DNA from: Caulobacterales bacterium
GTDB taxonomy: Bacteria > Pseudomonadota > Alphaproteobacteria > Caulobacterales > Caulobacteraceae
Reading direction: 5' to 3'
Length of the DNA: 59,082 nt
Assembly: GCA_947475655.1 (NCBI GenBank)
Contig: CANJOB010000001.1
Location: 1 to 59,082 of the forward strand
The notes below the pieces were generated by a model. The model ran no database searches and was not told the DNA's origin. It saw only the letters and a list, made by a program, of their open reading frames with translations. Each line of letters opens with the position of its first letter. Position 1 is the stretch's first letter. Shown here piece by piece: positions 17,750-27,377 of the stretch. Both the position numbers and the translations under genes were made by a program.

Positions 17750-18995
17750 ATGACTGTCAACCGCACATCCCACATCCGCCTCACCTCGCACCCGGGCGGG
17801 GGAACGCCGTCGCGTTTTCCCATCGAATGGGGGGCCAAGACCGCGGCCGCCCGCGGCCCGGTGGTGGCCACCGTCAATTCCGGCTCCGACCGCAACGCCA
17901 TCGGCGCCCACGGCGGGGCCTATTCGATCTACCGCGCCCTGGCGATCAGCTCGGGGGCCATGAACCCGCTGGTGCGGCCCGACCTGACCAACACCTCGCC
18001 GATCGTCGACTTCGGTCCCCACCCGCAATGGTCCGACCCCAAGAAGATCGTCTCGCTCGATCCCTGGGGCGCCAATGTCGCCACCGCCTTCGCCGCCCAG
18101 ATCGCCGAGGGCGTCGACATCCGCCCGACCATCGCTGTGACGAAGGCCCGCATCACCCTGCCCGAGATCGCCGACGCGGTGACCCACCGCCGGCTGGTGG
18201 TGGACGGGGAGATCCTGCACGAAGGCCTGGACGTGGCGGTGACCAAGGCGGCCATCGATCCGGTCTGGTATCGCCGAGCGGTTCGAGGTCAGCGAGACCG
18301 ACCTGCGCCGCACCCTGTTCGAGGAGACCGGCGGCATGTACCCCGAGCTGGTCACCCGGCCGGACATGAAGGTGTTCCTGCCGCCGATCGGCGGCATGAC
18401 GCTGTACATCTTCGGCGACCCGACCAAGCTGGGAAATTCGAAATACAAACTAACCTGCCGCGTGCACGACGAGTGCAACGGCAGCGACGTGTTCGGCTCC
18501 GACATTTGCACCTGCCGCCCCTATCTGACGCACGGCATCGAGGAGTGCGTGCGCTCGGCGCAGGAGGGCGGCACGGGCCTGATCGTCTATAACCGCAAGG
18601 AGGGCCGGGCCCTGGGCGAGGTGACCAAGTTCCTGGTCTACAACGCCCGCAAGCGCCAGGCCGGCGGCGACCAGGCGGCGACCTATTTCGAGCGCACCGA
18701 ATGCGTCGCCGGCGTGCAGGACGCGCGCTTCCAGCAGCTGATGCCGGACGTGATCCACTGGCTGGGCATCAAGAAGATCGACCGCTTCGTCTCCATGTCG
18801 AACATGAAGTTCGACGCCCTCGACGCCGCCGGGATCGAGGTCGTCGAGCGGGTGCCGATCCCCGACGCGCTGGTGCCGCCGGACGCCTCGGTGGAGATGG
18901 AAGCCAAGAAGGCGGCCGGGTATTTCACGCCCGAGGAGCCGCCGAGCAAGGCAGACCTGAAGAAGGTCATCGGCCGCGATCTCGATGAATTCTGA
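17750..18995 (+). pseudogene. URC1/Urg1-type GTP cyclohydrolase II-family gene, frameshifted near 18272
   Basis: N-terminal half (RNAIGAHGGAYSIYRALA..DPVWY) in one frame; AERF..RVHDECNGSDVFGSDICTCRP..RKEGR in another. Confidence 0.85.
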
Positions 18996-20229
18996 GACGG
19001 CGGACACCGCCGCGCGGTCGCTGCTGTCGGCGGCCGCCGTGCGCGCCCGCGCGCACGAGATGCTGACAATCGCCGAGGGCGGTGGGCTCGAGCATTGGAT
19101 CGTCGACCTGGAGAAGCTGGCGCCGACGGCGCAGTTCGTCGCCGGGGTGATCCGCGACCAGTATCCGGATCTGAACGTGCCGTTCCACGCCCGCTGGCGC
19201 CACTTCATGCTGAACGGCCGTGACCTGTGGGCGGAGATGGCGGACGCCGCTAACTTCGATGACGCGGCGGCGGCGGCCCGGGCGGCGTTCGACCTGGCCA
19301 TCACCTCGGTGCTGCTCGACGCCGGTGCGGGGTCGGGCTGGATGTTCGACGATCCCAGCGGCGTTCGCATCGGCCGCTCGGAGGGCTTGGCCCTGGCCAG
19401 CCTTCGCCTGTTCGAGGAAGGGCGCCTGTCGGCGCAGGGGGGCGATCCGCTGCGCGCCGATGCAGGCGTGCTGGGGAATTTGAACGAGGAGGTGCTGGCG
19501 CGGGCTTTCCAGGCCGGACCGGCCAATCCGCTGCTCGGGCTCGAAGGCCGCGCGGCGCTGCTGAACCGCCTGGGCGCGCAGGCATTGGCGAGGCCCGACC
19601 TTTTCGCACGCAACGACACCGCGCGGCCCGGCGGACTGTTCGACGTCCTGGCCGATCAGGCGCGCGCCAAGGGCGGTCGGCTGCCGGCGCCGGCGATCCT
19701 CGACCTCCTGCTGGAGGCCCTGGGTCCGATCTGGCACGGACGGCTGAGCCTGGGCGGCCTGCCGCTCGGCGATACCTGGCGCCATCCGGCCATCCGCCGC
19801 GACGACGCCACAGACGGTCTGGTTCCGATCCACAAGCTGTCGCAGTGGCTGGCCTATTCCCTGATCGAGCCGCTGCAGGCGGCGGGGATCGAAGTGGTCG
19901 AGATCGACGGCCTCACGGGCCTCGCCGAATACCGCAACGGCGGCCTGCTGCTGGACGAGGGGGTGCTGGTGCTCCGCCACGCCGCCGACCTCACCCGCCC
20001 GCACGAGGTTTCCGACCCGCTGGTGGTCGCCTGGCGTTCGCTGACCGTGGCCCTGCTCGACAAGCTGGCCGAGCCGGTGCGCGCGTCGCTCGGCGTCAAG
20101 GCGCAGGATTTTCCGCTGGCGCGCATGCTGGAGGGCGGCACCTGGGCCGCCGGCCGGCGCGCCGCCGCGGCGCGGCGATCGGGCGGCGGGCCGCCTCTCA
20201 CCATCAACAGCGACGGAACGGTATTCTAA
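18985..20229 (+). CDS. URC4/Urg3 family protein (DUF1688)
   Basis: PFHARWRHF, SVLLDAGAG, RSEGLA, HKLSQWLAYSL, GLAEYRNGGL, LEGGTW and SDGTVF motifs. Confidence 0.92.
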   Translation: MNSETADTAARSLLSAAAVRARAHEMLTIAEGGGLEHWIVDLEKLAPTAQFVAGVIRDQYPDLNVPFHARWRHFMLNGRDLWAEMADAANFDDAAAAARAAFDLAITSVLLDAGAGSGWMFDDPSGVRIGRSEGLALASLRLFEEGRLSAQGGDPLRADAGVLGNLNEEVLARAFQAGPANPLLGLEGRAALLNRLGAQALARPDLFARNDTARPGGLFDVLADQARAKGGRLPAPAILDLLLEALGPIWHGRLSLGGLPLGDTWRHPAIRRDDATDGLVPIHKLSQWLAYSLIEPLQAAGIEVVEIDGLTGLAEYRNGGLLLDEGVLVLRHAADLTRPHEVSDPLVVAWRSLTVALLDKLAEPVRASLGVKAQDFPLARMLEGGTWAAGRRAAAARRSGGGPPLTINSDGTVF

Positions 20230-20336
20230 GAGCATGCAGGCGAAAGTGTGGGCGGTTTCGCGGCCCGGCATGCTCTATCTTTTAACTGGAGCCTTCTGAT
20301 CCGTTTCAGATGGCCATCTGAAACGGGAAGGCTCCA
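20227..20336 (+). repeat. CIR/RIME-like repeat, copy 2 (fills the URC4-upp gap)
   Basis: AGAGCATGC..GCATGCTCT and GGAGCCTTC..TTTCAGATGGCCATCTGAAA..GAAGGCTCC. Confidence 0.85.
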
Positions 20337-20965
20337 TGAAGGGCGTGACCATCGTCGATCATCCGCTGGTGCAGCACAAGCTGACCGTGCTGCGGGACAA
20401 GACCACCTCCACCCGCACCTTCCGCGACGCCACGCGCGAAATATCGATGCTGATCGGATACGAGGTCACGCGCGACCTTCCGCTGGAGCTGGTCGAGATC
20501 GAGACGCCGGTGGCGGCGGCAAGGTCCGCGGTGCTGGCCGGCAAGAAGCTGGTGTTCGCGCCGATCCTGCGCTCGGGGATGGGGATGCTGGACGGGATGC
20601 TGGAGCTGGCCCCCTCGGCGCGGGTGGCGCACATCGGCCTCTACCGCGACCCGCAGACGCTCGGCGCGGTCGAATACTACTACAAGACCCCCGCCGACGT
20701 GGCCGAGCGGCTGGTGATCGTGCTCGATCCCATGCTCGCCACCGGCCACACCGCCGTGGCCGCCATCGACCGGCTGAAGGAACAGGGCGCCGCCAATATC
20801 CGCTTCGCCTGCCTGTTGGCCTCGCGCGCCGGCGTCGACAACCTGCGCGGCGCCCACAGCGACGTGGCGGTCTGGACGGCGGCGGTGGACGACGAGCTCA
20901 ACGACCACGGCTATATCGTGCCGGGCCTGGGCGACGCGGGCGACAGGCTGTACGGCACCCGCTAG
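20336..20965 (+). CDS. upp: Uracil phosphoribosyltransferase
   Basis: [22 protein letters not shown] and [16 protein letters not shown] motifs. Confidence 0.96.
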   Translation: MKGVTIVDHPLVQHKLTVLRDKTTSTRTFRDATREISMLIGYEVTRDLPLELVEIETPVAAARSAVLAGKKLVFAPILRSGMGMLDGMLELAPSARVAHIGLYRDPQTLGAVEYYYKTPADVAERLVIVLDPMLATGHTAVAAIDRLKEQGAANIRFACLLASRAGVDNLRGAHSDVAVWTAAVDDELNDHGYIVPGLGDAGDRLYGTR

Positions 20966-21094
20966 AGCCTTCCCGGTTCAGATGAAATCTGAACCGGGTT
21001 AGAAGGCTCTATCTTCAAGAGTGTGGGGCCTTTCCAGGCGGCGACCCTAAGGCCGCGCAGCAAACCGCTCACACTTTCGCCTGACAGGCCCTAG
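20962..21094 (-). repeat. CIR/RIME-like repeat, copy 3 (inverted, extra insert in one arm)
   Basis: CTAGAGCCTTCCCGGTTCAGAT-GAA-ATCTGAACCGGG..GAAGGCTCTA ... AAACCGCTCACACTTTCGCCTGACAGGCCCTAG. Confidence 0.85.
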
Positions 21095-21123
21095 AAGGGG
21101 CGGCTCAACTTCCGGAGTCTTCC

Positions 21124-21630
21124 ATGTCCCTTTCGATGTCCAAGGCGTCCAGCGCCGTGTTCGTGCAGATCCTCAAAGGCCTGCACGGGGTGCTCGACAA
21201 GGCGGCGGCGCACGCCGAGGCGCATAAGATCGACCCGGCCGCCCTGCTGCAGGCGCGGCTCTATCCGGACATGTTCCCCTTCACCCGCCAGGTGCAGATC
21301 TGCTGCGACTTCGCCAAGGGGTCGGCGGGCCGCCTGGCCGGCGCCGACCTGCCGGCCTACGCCGACGACGAGGCGACCTTCGACGACCTCAAGGCGCGGG
21401 TGAACAAGACCATCGCCTTCATCGAGGGGCTGGACGCGGCGGCGATCGACGCCGCCGCCGACAAGGATATCCCCCTGGTGCGGCGCGGCGAGACGACGAT
21501 CCACAAGGGCGAGGTCTACCTGCTGCAGCAGGCCCTGCCGAACTTCTATTTCCACGCCACGACCGCCTACGACATTCTGCGGCACAACGGCGTGCCGGTC
21601 GGCAAGCGCGACTTCCTCGGCGCGGCCTAA
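21124..21630 (+). CDS. DUF1993 family protein
   Basis: RLYPDMFPF..QVQ and PNFYFHATTAYDILRHNGVPVGKRDFLG motifs. Confidence 0.9.
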   Translation: MSLSMSKASSAVFVQILKGLHGVLDKAAAHAEAHKIDPAALLQARLYPDMFPFTRQVQICCDFAKGSAGRLAGADLPAYADDEATFDDLKARVNKTIAFIEGLDAAAIDAAADKDIPLVRRGETTIHKGEVYLLQQALPNFYFHATTAYDILRHNGVPVGKRDFLGAA

Positions 21631-21633
21631 GGC

Positions 21634-21751
21634 CTAGAGCATGTCAGGCGAAAGTGTAGGCGGTTTCGCCGCTCGGACATGCTGTAAACCATGGAGTCTA
21701 GAGCCTTCTAACCAGGTTCGGATAAGATCATCTGAACCCGGAAGGCTCTAG
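21634..21751 (+). repeat. CIR/RIME-like repeat, copy 4 (CTAG ends, central GAGTC)
   Basis: CTAGAGCATGTCAGGCGAAAGTGTAGGCGG..GACATGCT..GAGTCTAGAGCCTTC..GAAGGCTCTAG. Confidence 0.85.
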
Positions 21752-21759
21752 CGCTGCCA

Positions 21760-22356
21760 ATGCGGGAAGACACCCCGGAACTGGTTTGCGATTTTCTCGG
21801 CGGCGCGGTCGGTCACCGCTTCCGCACCGAGGGCGGGCGCGGCAATGCCCTGGCGCGGGCCTGCGGATTTTCCAAGGGCGCCACGCCCAGCGTCATCGAC
21901 GCCACCGCGGGCCGGGGCCGCGACGCCTTCCTGCTGGCGGGCCTTGGCGCGCAGGTCACCCTGATCGAGCGCTCGCCGCAGGTGCATGCGGCCTTGGCGG
22001 CGGGGCTGGCGGCGGCGCGGGCCGATGCGAAGGCGGCTGGGGTGGTGGAGCGGATGACCCTGCTGCTGGGGGACTCGCGTGAGCTGCTGCGCGGCCTTTC
22101 GGCTGAAGTGGTGCTGGTCGACCCGATGCATCCGCCGCGTGGCAAGGCGGCCCTGGTCAAGCAGGGGATGCGGACCCTGCGCGCCGTGGTGGGCGCCGAT
22201 CTGGATAGTCTGGAACTGATGCAGGCCGCCTTGGCCTGCGCGCGTCAACGCGTGGTGCTGAAATGGCCGCTGCGGGCGGCGGCGATGGCGGGTTTGAAAC
22301 CGCCATCGCACCAGATCACCGGCAAGACGACGCGCTACGACGTGTTCGTCAAATAG
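21760..22356 (+). CDS. rsmJ: 16S rRNA m2G1516 methyltransferase RsmJ-like
   Basis: DATAGRGRDAF, ERSP, DPMHP, RVVLKWP and TRYDVF motifs. Confidence 0.8.
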   Translation: MREDTPELVCDFLGGAVGHRFRTEGGRGNALARACGFSKGATPSVIDATAGRGRDAFLLAGLGAQVTLIERSPQVHAALAAGLAAARADAKAAGVVERMTLLLGDSRELLRGLSAEVVLVDPMHPPRGKAALVKQGMRTLRAVVGADLDSLELMQAALACARQRVVLKWPLRAAAMAGLKPPSHQITGKTTRYDVFVK

Positions 22357-22371
22357 CGCGCCTGATCCTGC

Positions 22372-22881
22372 TTATTTCATCTTTTTGATCTGCTTGCGGA
22401 TGGCCTTTTCAAGGGCCTTCTCCGCCTTCTTAACCGCGGCGGTCAGCTTGGTGATCTTGCTGCCCGACTTGGCCGCTTTCGGCTTGGCCGAGGCGCGCGG
22501 CGCGGAGGCCCGCTTGGCGGCCGGTTTCTTCGCAGCGGTCTTTTTGGCGGCTGGCTTCTTTGCCACCTTCTTGGCCGCGGGCTTCTTAGCCGCCGCCTTC
22601 TTCACGGCAGGCTTCTTGGCAGCTGCCTTCTTGGCCGCAGGCTTTTTCGCAGCTGCCTTCTTCGGAGCGGCCTTCTTGGCGGCGGCCTTCTTCGGCGCAG
22701 CCTTCTTCACGGCCTTCGGCTTCGCAGCGGCCTTGGGCTTGGCGGCCGCTTTCGGCTTGGCCGCGGCCTTCGGCTTCGCAGACGCCTTGGGCTTCGCAGT
22801 CGTCGCAGCCGGCGCCGCGGTCGCGGCGACAGCAGTGCTCTTGTCAGTTGTGGTCTTGGGTTTCGCAGGGGTCCGCGCCAT
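22372..22881 (-). CDS. Lys/Ala/Pro-rich histone-H1-like protein
   Basis: KPKAAA and KKPAA/KKAAA tandem repeats; GGAGAT RBS before MARTPAK. Confidence 0.75.
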   Translation of the reverse strand: MARTPAKPKTTTDKSTAVAATAAPAATTAKPKASAKPKAAAKPKAAAKPKAAAKPKAVKKAAPKKAAAKKAAPKKAAAKKPAAKKAAAKKPAVKKAAAKKPAAKKVAKKPAAKKTAAKKPAAKRASAPRASAKPKAAKSGSKITKLTAAVKKAEKALEKAIRKQIKKMK

Positions 22882-23048
22882 GGGGATCTCCATTGTCGAT
22901 TGAGCGAGCCTGACCTCAAGGTCGGGCTTAGGCAAGAGGCCTCGTCAAGCTTTCGTGACAGCGAACACTTGCCGGGTGGTTAATGTCTAAAAATCCGCGT
23001 GTGCCGGACGATCGGAATCATGCGCGAAAAGGTCCGCGAACTGACTCG

Positions 23049-23873
23049 TCATTTCATCGCGCGGCGGGCTGCTGCGGTTGGCAGAACCAATACTTTCGCG
23101 CTCGGCGCGGAAGATGCTCCAACAGACTCAAGTCTCGCATGCAAAAGGGAAATAAGCGGATAGGCCGCCGCCACGACGGCGATCAGCAGACCCCATTCAC
23201 CCTCGCGGAAACCTCTGTTCGCCACGTAGGATTTTTGCAGTCGGCGCAGGCTCGCGAACAGGGTTGGACGGAGCCTCATCCGCTCGCCGCGCTCCGCAAA
23301 ATCTTCGGCGCGAAGTCGCGACTGGCGGTCGAGCCGAAGCAGAAAACCGGAGATATTTTCGTCGACGACGCGCCGCAGGGCGTTGCGAAGTGATTCGCCG
23401 CGAGCGCCGATGAAGCGCACCGTGGGGTGAATCCGCTCCCGTCCCCAGGCCTTGACGCCCCGGCGGTACAGTCGCGTGACCGCCGAGGCGCCGAACGATC
23501 CTTCCCATCCGAAACGGACGAGTCGTTCGCCGATGTAGTTGTCCACCGGCAGGCTGAACCAGTCGCCCGGGGGCGACCTCGACAACAGGTCCGTGATCTC
23601 GCGGGCGAGGGCCGGACCAACGGTCTCGTCCGCATCGATCTCCAGAATCCAGTCGCCTGAACAGGCGGCGGCCCCAACCGCCAGCCTGTCGCCTTCCAGC
23701 GGGAAAATGCCCGAGACGACCCGCGCCCCAAGACGGCGGGCGATCATCTCGGTGCGGTCGGTGCAGCGATCGGCCACCACCACGATCTCGTCACAGAAGC
23801 TCAGGCGCTCCAGGCACCCGGCGATCCGCGACTCCTCGTTGTGCGCGCAAACAAAAGCCGAAAGCGTGACCAT
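23049..23873 (-). CDS. Glycosyltransferase family 2 (WaaE/LgtF-like)
   Basis: AHNEE, DRCTDRT, DWILEIDADE and GFREG motifs. Confidence 0.85.
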   Translation of the reverse strand: MVTLSAFVCAHNEESRIAGCLERLSFCDEIVVVADRCTDRTEMIARRLGARVVSGIFPLEGDRLAVGAAACSGDWILEIDADETVGPALAREITDLLSRSPPGDWFSLPVDNYIGERLVRFGWEGSFGASAVTRLYRRGVKAWGRERIHPTVRFIGARGESLRNALRRVVDENISGFLLRLDRQSRLRAEDFAERGERMRLRPTLFASLRRLQKSYVANRGFREGEWGLLIAVVAAAYPLISLLHARLESVGASSAPSAKVLVLPTAAARRAMK

Positions 23874-23952
23874 GGTTCTCCCGCCGGCGCCGGACACGAC
23901 TCCGCCGCCTGGTGGATGACGTCGCCGCGGCGCGTCACCCCTACAGTGGGCC

Positions 23953-26379
23953 CTAGAAGCGGGCGGTGAGTTCGACGATCGCCATGCGCGGGCGCTGCGG
24001 CGTCACCTGCCGCACCTGGCCGAAGCTGAACGGGTTGCCGTAGGCGAAGGTGTCGCCCTGGGTGTTGAGGGGGTTGGTGACGAAGGCCGCCAGGCTCCAG
24101 CGCGGCGTGGTGTACTGCGCCGACAGGCGCGCGGTGACGATGCGGCCCATTTCCGAACCGACGCCGGGCTCGAACGTCAGGTGTGAGCGGCCGACATAGG
24201 CGAGCCTTAACCCGAACAGCAGGGCGGTGTTGTCGCTCAGCGGCTTCTCGTAATGCGCCTGGGCGCCGAACGACAGGTCGGGAATGCCGGGAAGTCCGGG
24301 CTGCACCCGCGTGGCGAAGGCGCTGTTGAGCCGCGTCACTTTGGGCGCGTCGAACATGGCGTTGGCCTGCAGCAACAGGCGGGGGATCGGGGTGAAGGCG
24401 ATCTCGCCCTCCAGGCCGATGTTGCGGCCGTCGCCGACGTTTGCGGTGTAGGAGAGGCCCGAGGGGAAAAACTGGTCGGTCTGAATGTTGGTCCAGCGCG
24501 CGTAGAACAACGCCGTGCGCAGGTCCAGCCGGCCGCCGAACGGCGACAGCTTGGCGCCGATCTCGTAGTTGGCCAGGCGGTCGGGCCGATAGACGCGCCG
24601 CGCCGGCGCCGGCGCCATGCGGCCGGCGGTGTTGAAGCCGCCGGCGCGGTAGCCTTGCGAGGCCAGGGCGTAGATCAATTCGCCTGGCCCAACGCTGTAC
24701 TGGATCGACAGCTTGGGCGACACGCCGTCGAAGATGTCTGTCTCGGCGAATTTGCGCTGGCCGCCAAGCGCCGGAACCGTGACGTCCGACGAGGTCTTCA
24801 GCCGCGTCTTGAACACCCGCGCGCCGACCGAGGCTGTCCAGCGTTCGGCGAAGCGGTAGGAAACTTCGCCGTAGAGCGCGGTCTCAATCAGACGGTCGTA
24901 GCGCTCCTCCGAATAGACCGGCGCGGGCGGCAGGCCCGGGAGGCCGGCGCGCAGCACCGACGGCGTCCGCTCCAGGTTGCGCGAGCCGAAGGCGCCGACC
25001 AGCCAGTCGATCTTCCCCGGATCGCTGGCGGTGAAGAAGATGTCCTGCACCAGCATGTCGATCCTGGCGGCCTCGCGGAACACGCCCAGGTCCGCCTCGC
25101 CGGAGTTGAACAGGGAGAGGGCGGCGGAGGCGTCGTACAGGCTGCTGAAATCGTGGCGGACATAGGCGGTGGACGACTGCAGCCGCGCGCGGCGTCCGGC
25201 GTGGGTGATGGTCAGGCCGGCCTGGGCGAAATCGTTCTGATGAGTTTCGCGCACCCTGTTGGCGCGCTGCAGGCGGCGCATGGTGGTGTACTGGGTGTCG
25301 TTGGTTTCCAGTTGCTGGAACGCGGCGTTGGCGGTGATCGACCAGCCGTCGCCAGGGCGCATTTCTGCCGCCAGCCGCCCGCCGGTGCGCAGGGTGCGGT
25401 CGACGTCGGACAGTCGCAGATTGACGTCGTCGAGATAGCCGCCGTCGATGGCGTAGTAGGCCACCGCCCGTACCCCCGCCTTGCCGGGAATGATCGGCAG
25501 GTTGCCCATCAGGTCCAGCGAGCTGCTGGGCGAGCCGGAGTCGGTGAGGGCGCCGGAGGCATCGACGCCGCCGGAGCGCCGCTCCAGGTCGACGCCCTTG
25601 GTGACGATGCGGAACACCCCGGCCAGGGCGCCGCCGCCGTAAAGCGCGCCCTGCGGCCCGCGCACCACCTCGATCCGCTCGACGTCGGTCAGCCGCAGGT
25701 CCGGATCAGGCGCGTTGTAGGTGATCGGCACGTTGTCGAGATAGGTGCCGACGGTAGATCGGGTGCGGCCGGTGAAGGCGCCGTCCGACAGGCCGCGCAG
25801 CAGAATCTTGTCGCGGCCCGGGCCGAGGTTGGTGATCACCACCCCGGCGATCTGGCCGGCGATGCCCCAGGTGTGCCGCACGCCGTTCTCGCGCAGCGAC
25901 TGGCCGCTGAGCACGCTGATGGCGGCGGGCGTGGCGTTGAGTGTCGAACTGCGCTTGGTGGCGGTGACCACCACCTCGGCCATGGCGCTCGGCGCCTCCA
26001 GCGCCGGGCGCGTCAGGGCGGGGCCCGGCGCCTGACGCGGCGGCGCGGCGCGCAGCGGGGCGGCGATCACCCGCACCGTCTTGGCGTCGATGATCTCGAA
26101 CCGGCACGGCGCAGCGGCGAGCAGGCGGTTCAGCGCCTGGCGCAGGGTGAAGCGTCCGTCCAGGGCGCGGCTCCTGCCGGCGCACTGGTTGGCGCCGACC
26201 AGCGAGATGTTGGTCTGGAGCGCCAGGTCGATCAGGGCTTCGGAATAGGCCTTGGGCGGAATGGAGACGGCGTGGACGGCGCCCTGCGCCGCGGCCAGCG
26301 CCGGCCACGCGAAAGCCATCGGGGCGAGGATCAAGAAGGCCCGCGCCCTCCGCCTGCCGCCAGCCTTGGAGGACATCAC
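23953..26379 (-). CDS. TonB-dependent transducer with N-terminal signalling (STN) extension
   Basis: STN-like domain, EVVVTATKR, IEVVRGPQGALYG, C-terminal F. Confidence 0.9.
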   Translation of the reverse strand: MMSSKAGGRRRARAFLILAPMAFAWPALAAAQGAVHAVSIPPKAYSEALIDLALQTNISLVGANQCAGRSRALDGRFTLRQALNRLLAAAPCRFEIIDAKTVRVIAAPLRAAPPRQAPGPALTRPALEAPSAMAEVVVTATKRSSTLNATPAAISVLSGQSLRENGVRHTWGIAGQIAGVVITNLGPGRDKILLRGLSDGAFTGRTRSTVGTYLDNVPITYNAPDPDLRLTDVERIEVVRGPQGALYGGGALAGVFRIVTKGVDLERRSGGVDASGALTDSGSPSSSLDLMGNLPIIPGKAGVRAVAYYAIDGGYLDDVNLRLSDVDRTLRTGGRLAAEMRPGDGWSITANAAFQQLETNDTQYTTMRRLQRANRVRETHQNDFAQAGLTITHAGRRARLQSSTAYVRHDFSSLYDASAALSLFNSGEADLGVFREAARIDMLVQDIFFTASDPGKIDWLVGAFGSRNLERTPSVLRAGLPGLPPAPVYSEERYDRLIETALYGEVSYRFAERWTASVGARVFKTRLKTSSDVTVPALGGQRKFAETDIFDGVSPKLSIQYSVGPGELIYALASQGYRAGGFNTAGRMAPAPARRVYRPDRLANYEIGAKLSPFGGRLDLRTALFYARWTNIQTDQFFPSGLSYTANVGDGRNIGLEGEIAFTPIPRLLLQANAMFDAPKVTRLNSAFATRVQPGLPGIPDLSFGAQAHYEKPLSDNTALLFGLRLAYVGRSHLTFEPGVGSEMGRIVTARLSAQYTTPRWSLAAFVTNPLNTQGDTFAYGNPFSFGQVRQVTPQRPRMAIVELTARF

Positions 26380-27377
26380 CGGTTTGATGCGTCTTTCGAC
26401 CTAAGAACGTAGCCCGCCTCCGACGGCGCGGCCGATATGGAAGCAAGCAAGGACAGGCGTTCGACGACTGTCTTCTCGTCGTCCAGCACCAGCACGCCGG
26501 AGAACCGTTGGCGCCCGGTGCGCGAGTCGGCCAAGGTGACCGTCCCTTCGAAGTGGCGGTTGAGGTCATCGACCACCACCGACAGGGGCTCGTCGCGGTA
26601 GACCAGGCGGCCGGCGCGCCAGGCGAAGGCGTCCTCCGGATTGACGGTGCTGACCCGGATGTCCTGGCCGGCGGCGTGGTCGAGCCTCTGGCCCGGCGCC
26701 AGGCGCACTCCGCCGTCGCCGCCGTCCTGCGGCCGCACCTCGACCAGCCCGCGTCGCACGGTGACGGCCAGGTCGGCGCCGCGCCGGCGGACGTCGAACT
26801 CGGTGCCGACGACGCGGACCACGCGGTCGCCGGCGGTGATGACGAAGGGGCGCCTGGCGTCCTTGGCCACGTCGAATACCGCCTCGGCGTCGTCCATCGC
26901 CACTTGGCGGTCGTTGCGCGTCATCCGCACGGTGAGCCGCGACTGGGCGTTCATATAGACCTTGCTGCCGTCGTTTAGCACCACGGTGCGCGTCTCGCCC
27001 CGCGCGGTCTCATAGGCCTGCTGCGGATAGAGGATCGACCCGGCGAACGGCATCACCGCCAAGGCGATGGCCGCCGCGGCCACGGCGGCGCCCAGGCCCC
27101 AGCGCGTCGTGCGGCTCGGGCGCGACTGCCTCGCGGCGAAATGCACCGGCGCCGCGGCCTGGTCGAGGCGGGTCTTCAGAGCCGGCGCCATACGTTCCAG
27201 CTCCGACCACACCGCCAGGGCGTCGTCATAGGCCAGCTTGTGGCGCGGCGACGCTTCCAGCCAGGCGTCGAACGCCAGCCAGTCCTGCGCGCCGCTGGCC
27301 TCCTCGCGCAGCCGTACCAGCCACGCGGCGGCCGCCTGGCGGATGCTCTCGGCCTCGTCGCGCGTCCCGGCGTTCAT
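26376..27377 (-). CDS. FecR-family anti-sigma factor
   Basis: AAAWLVRL..FDAWL..H, LNDGS, EAVFDVAKD..RPF, VVGTEFDV and AWRAGRL motifs. Confidence 0.93.
   Translation of the reverse strand: MNAGTRDEAESIRQAAAAWLVRLREEASGAQDWLAFDAWLEASPRHKLAYDDALAVWSELERMAPALKTRLDQAAAPVHFAARQSRPSRTTRWGLGAAVAAAAIALAVMPFAGSILYPQQAYETARGETRTVVLNDGSKVYMNAQSRLTVRMTRNDRQVAMDDAEAVFDVAKDARRPFVITAGDRVVRVVGTEFDVRRRGADLAVTVRRGLVEVRPQDGGDGGVRLAPGQRLDHAAGQDIRVSTVNPEDAFAWRAGRLVYRDEPLSVVVDDLNRHFEGTVTLADSRTGRQRFSGVLVLDDEKTVVERLSLLASISAAPSEAGYVLRSKDASNR

Noticed and set aside
18260-18285. Programmed frameshift in URC1
   Set aside because: No slippery sequence, and conserved residues are missing, so a deletion fits better
16655-21751. 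Clustered palindromic repeats read as a CRISPR array or attC cassette array
   Set aside because: Copies are over 100 bp, divergent, in both orientations and separated by housekeeping-type genes; no cas or integrase gene is present
22385-22903. Hydrophobic FLAAAF-repeat ORF on the + strand as a membrane protein
   Set aside because: It is the reverse complement of the Lys/Ala repeat gene, which has the RBS
24253-26412. Long antisense ORFs (also 56362-58317, 48369-50111, 10883-11851, 43920-45365)
   Set aside because: Stop-poor shadow frames typical of high-GC genes, lying opposite clearly recognisable proteins
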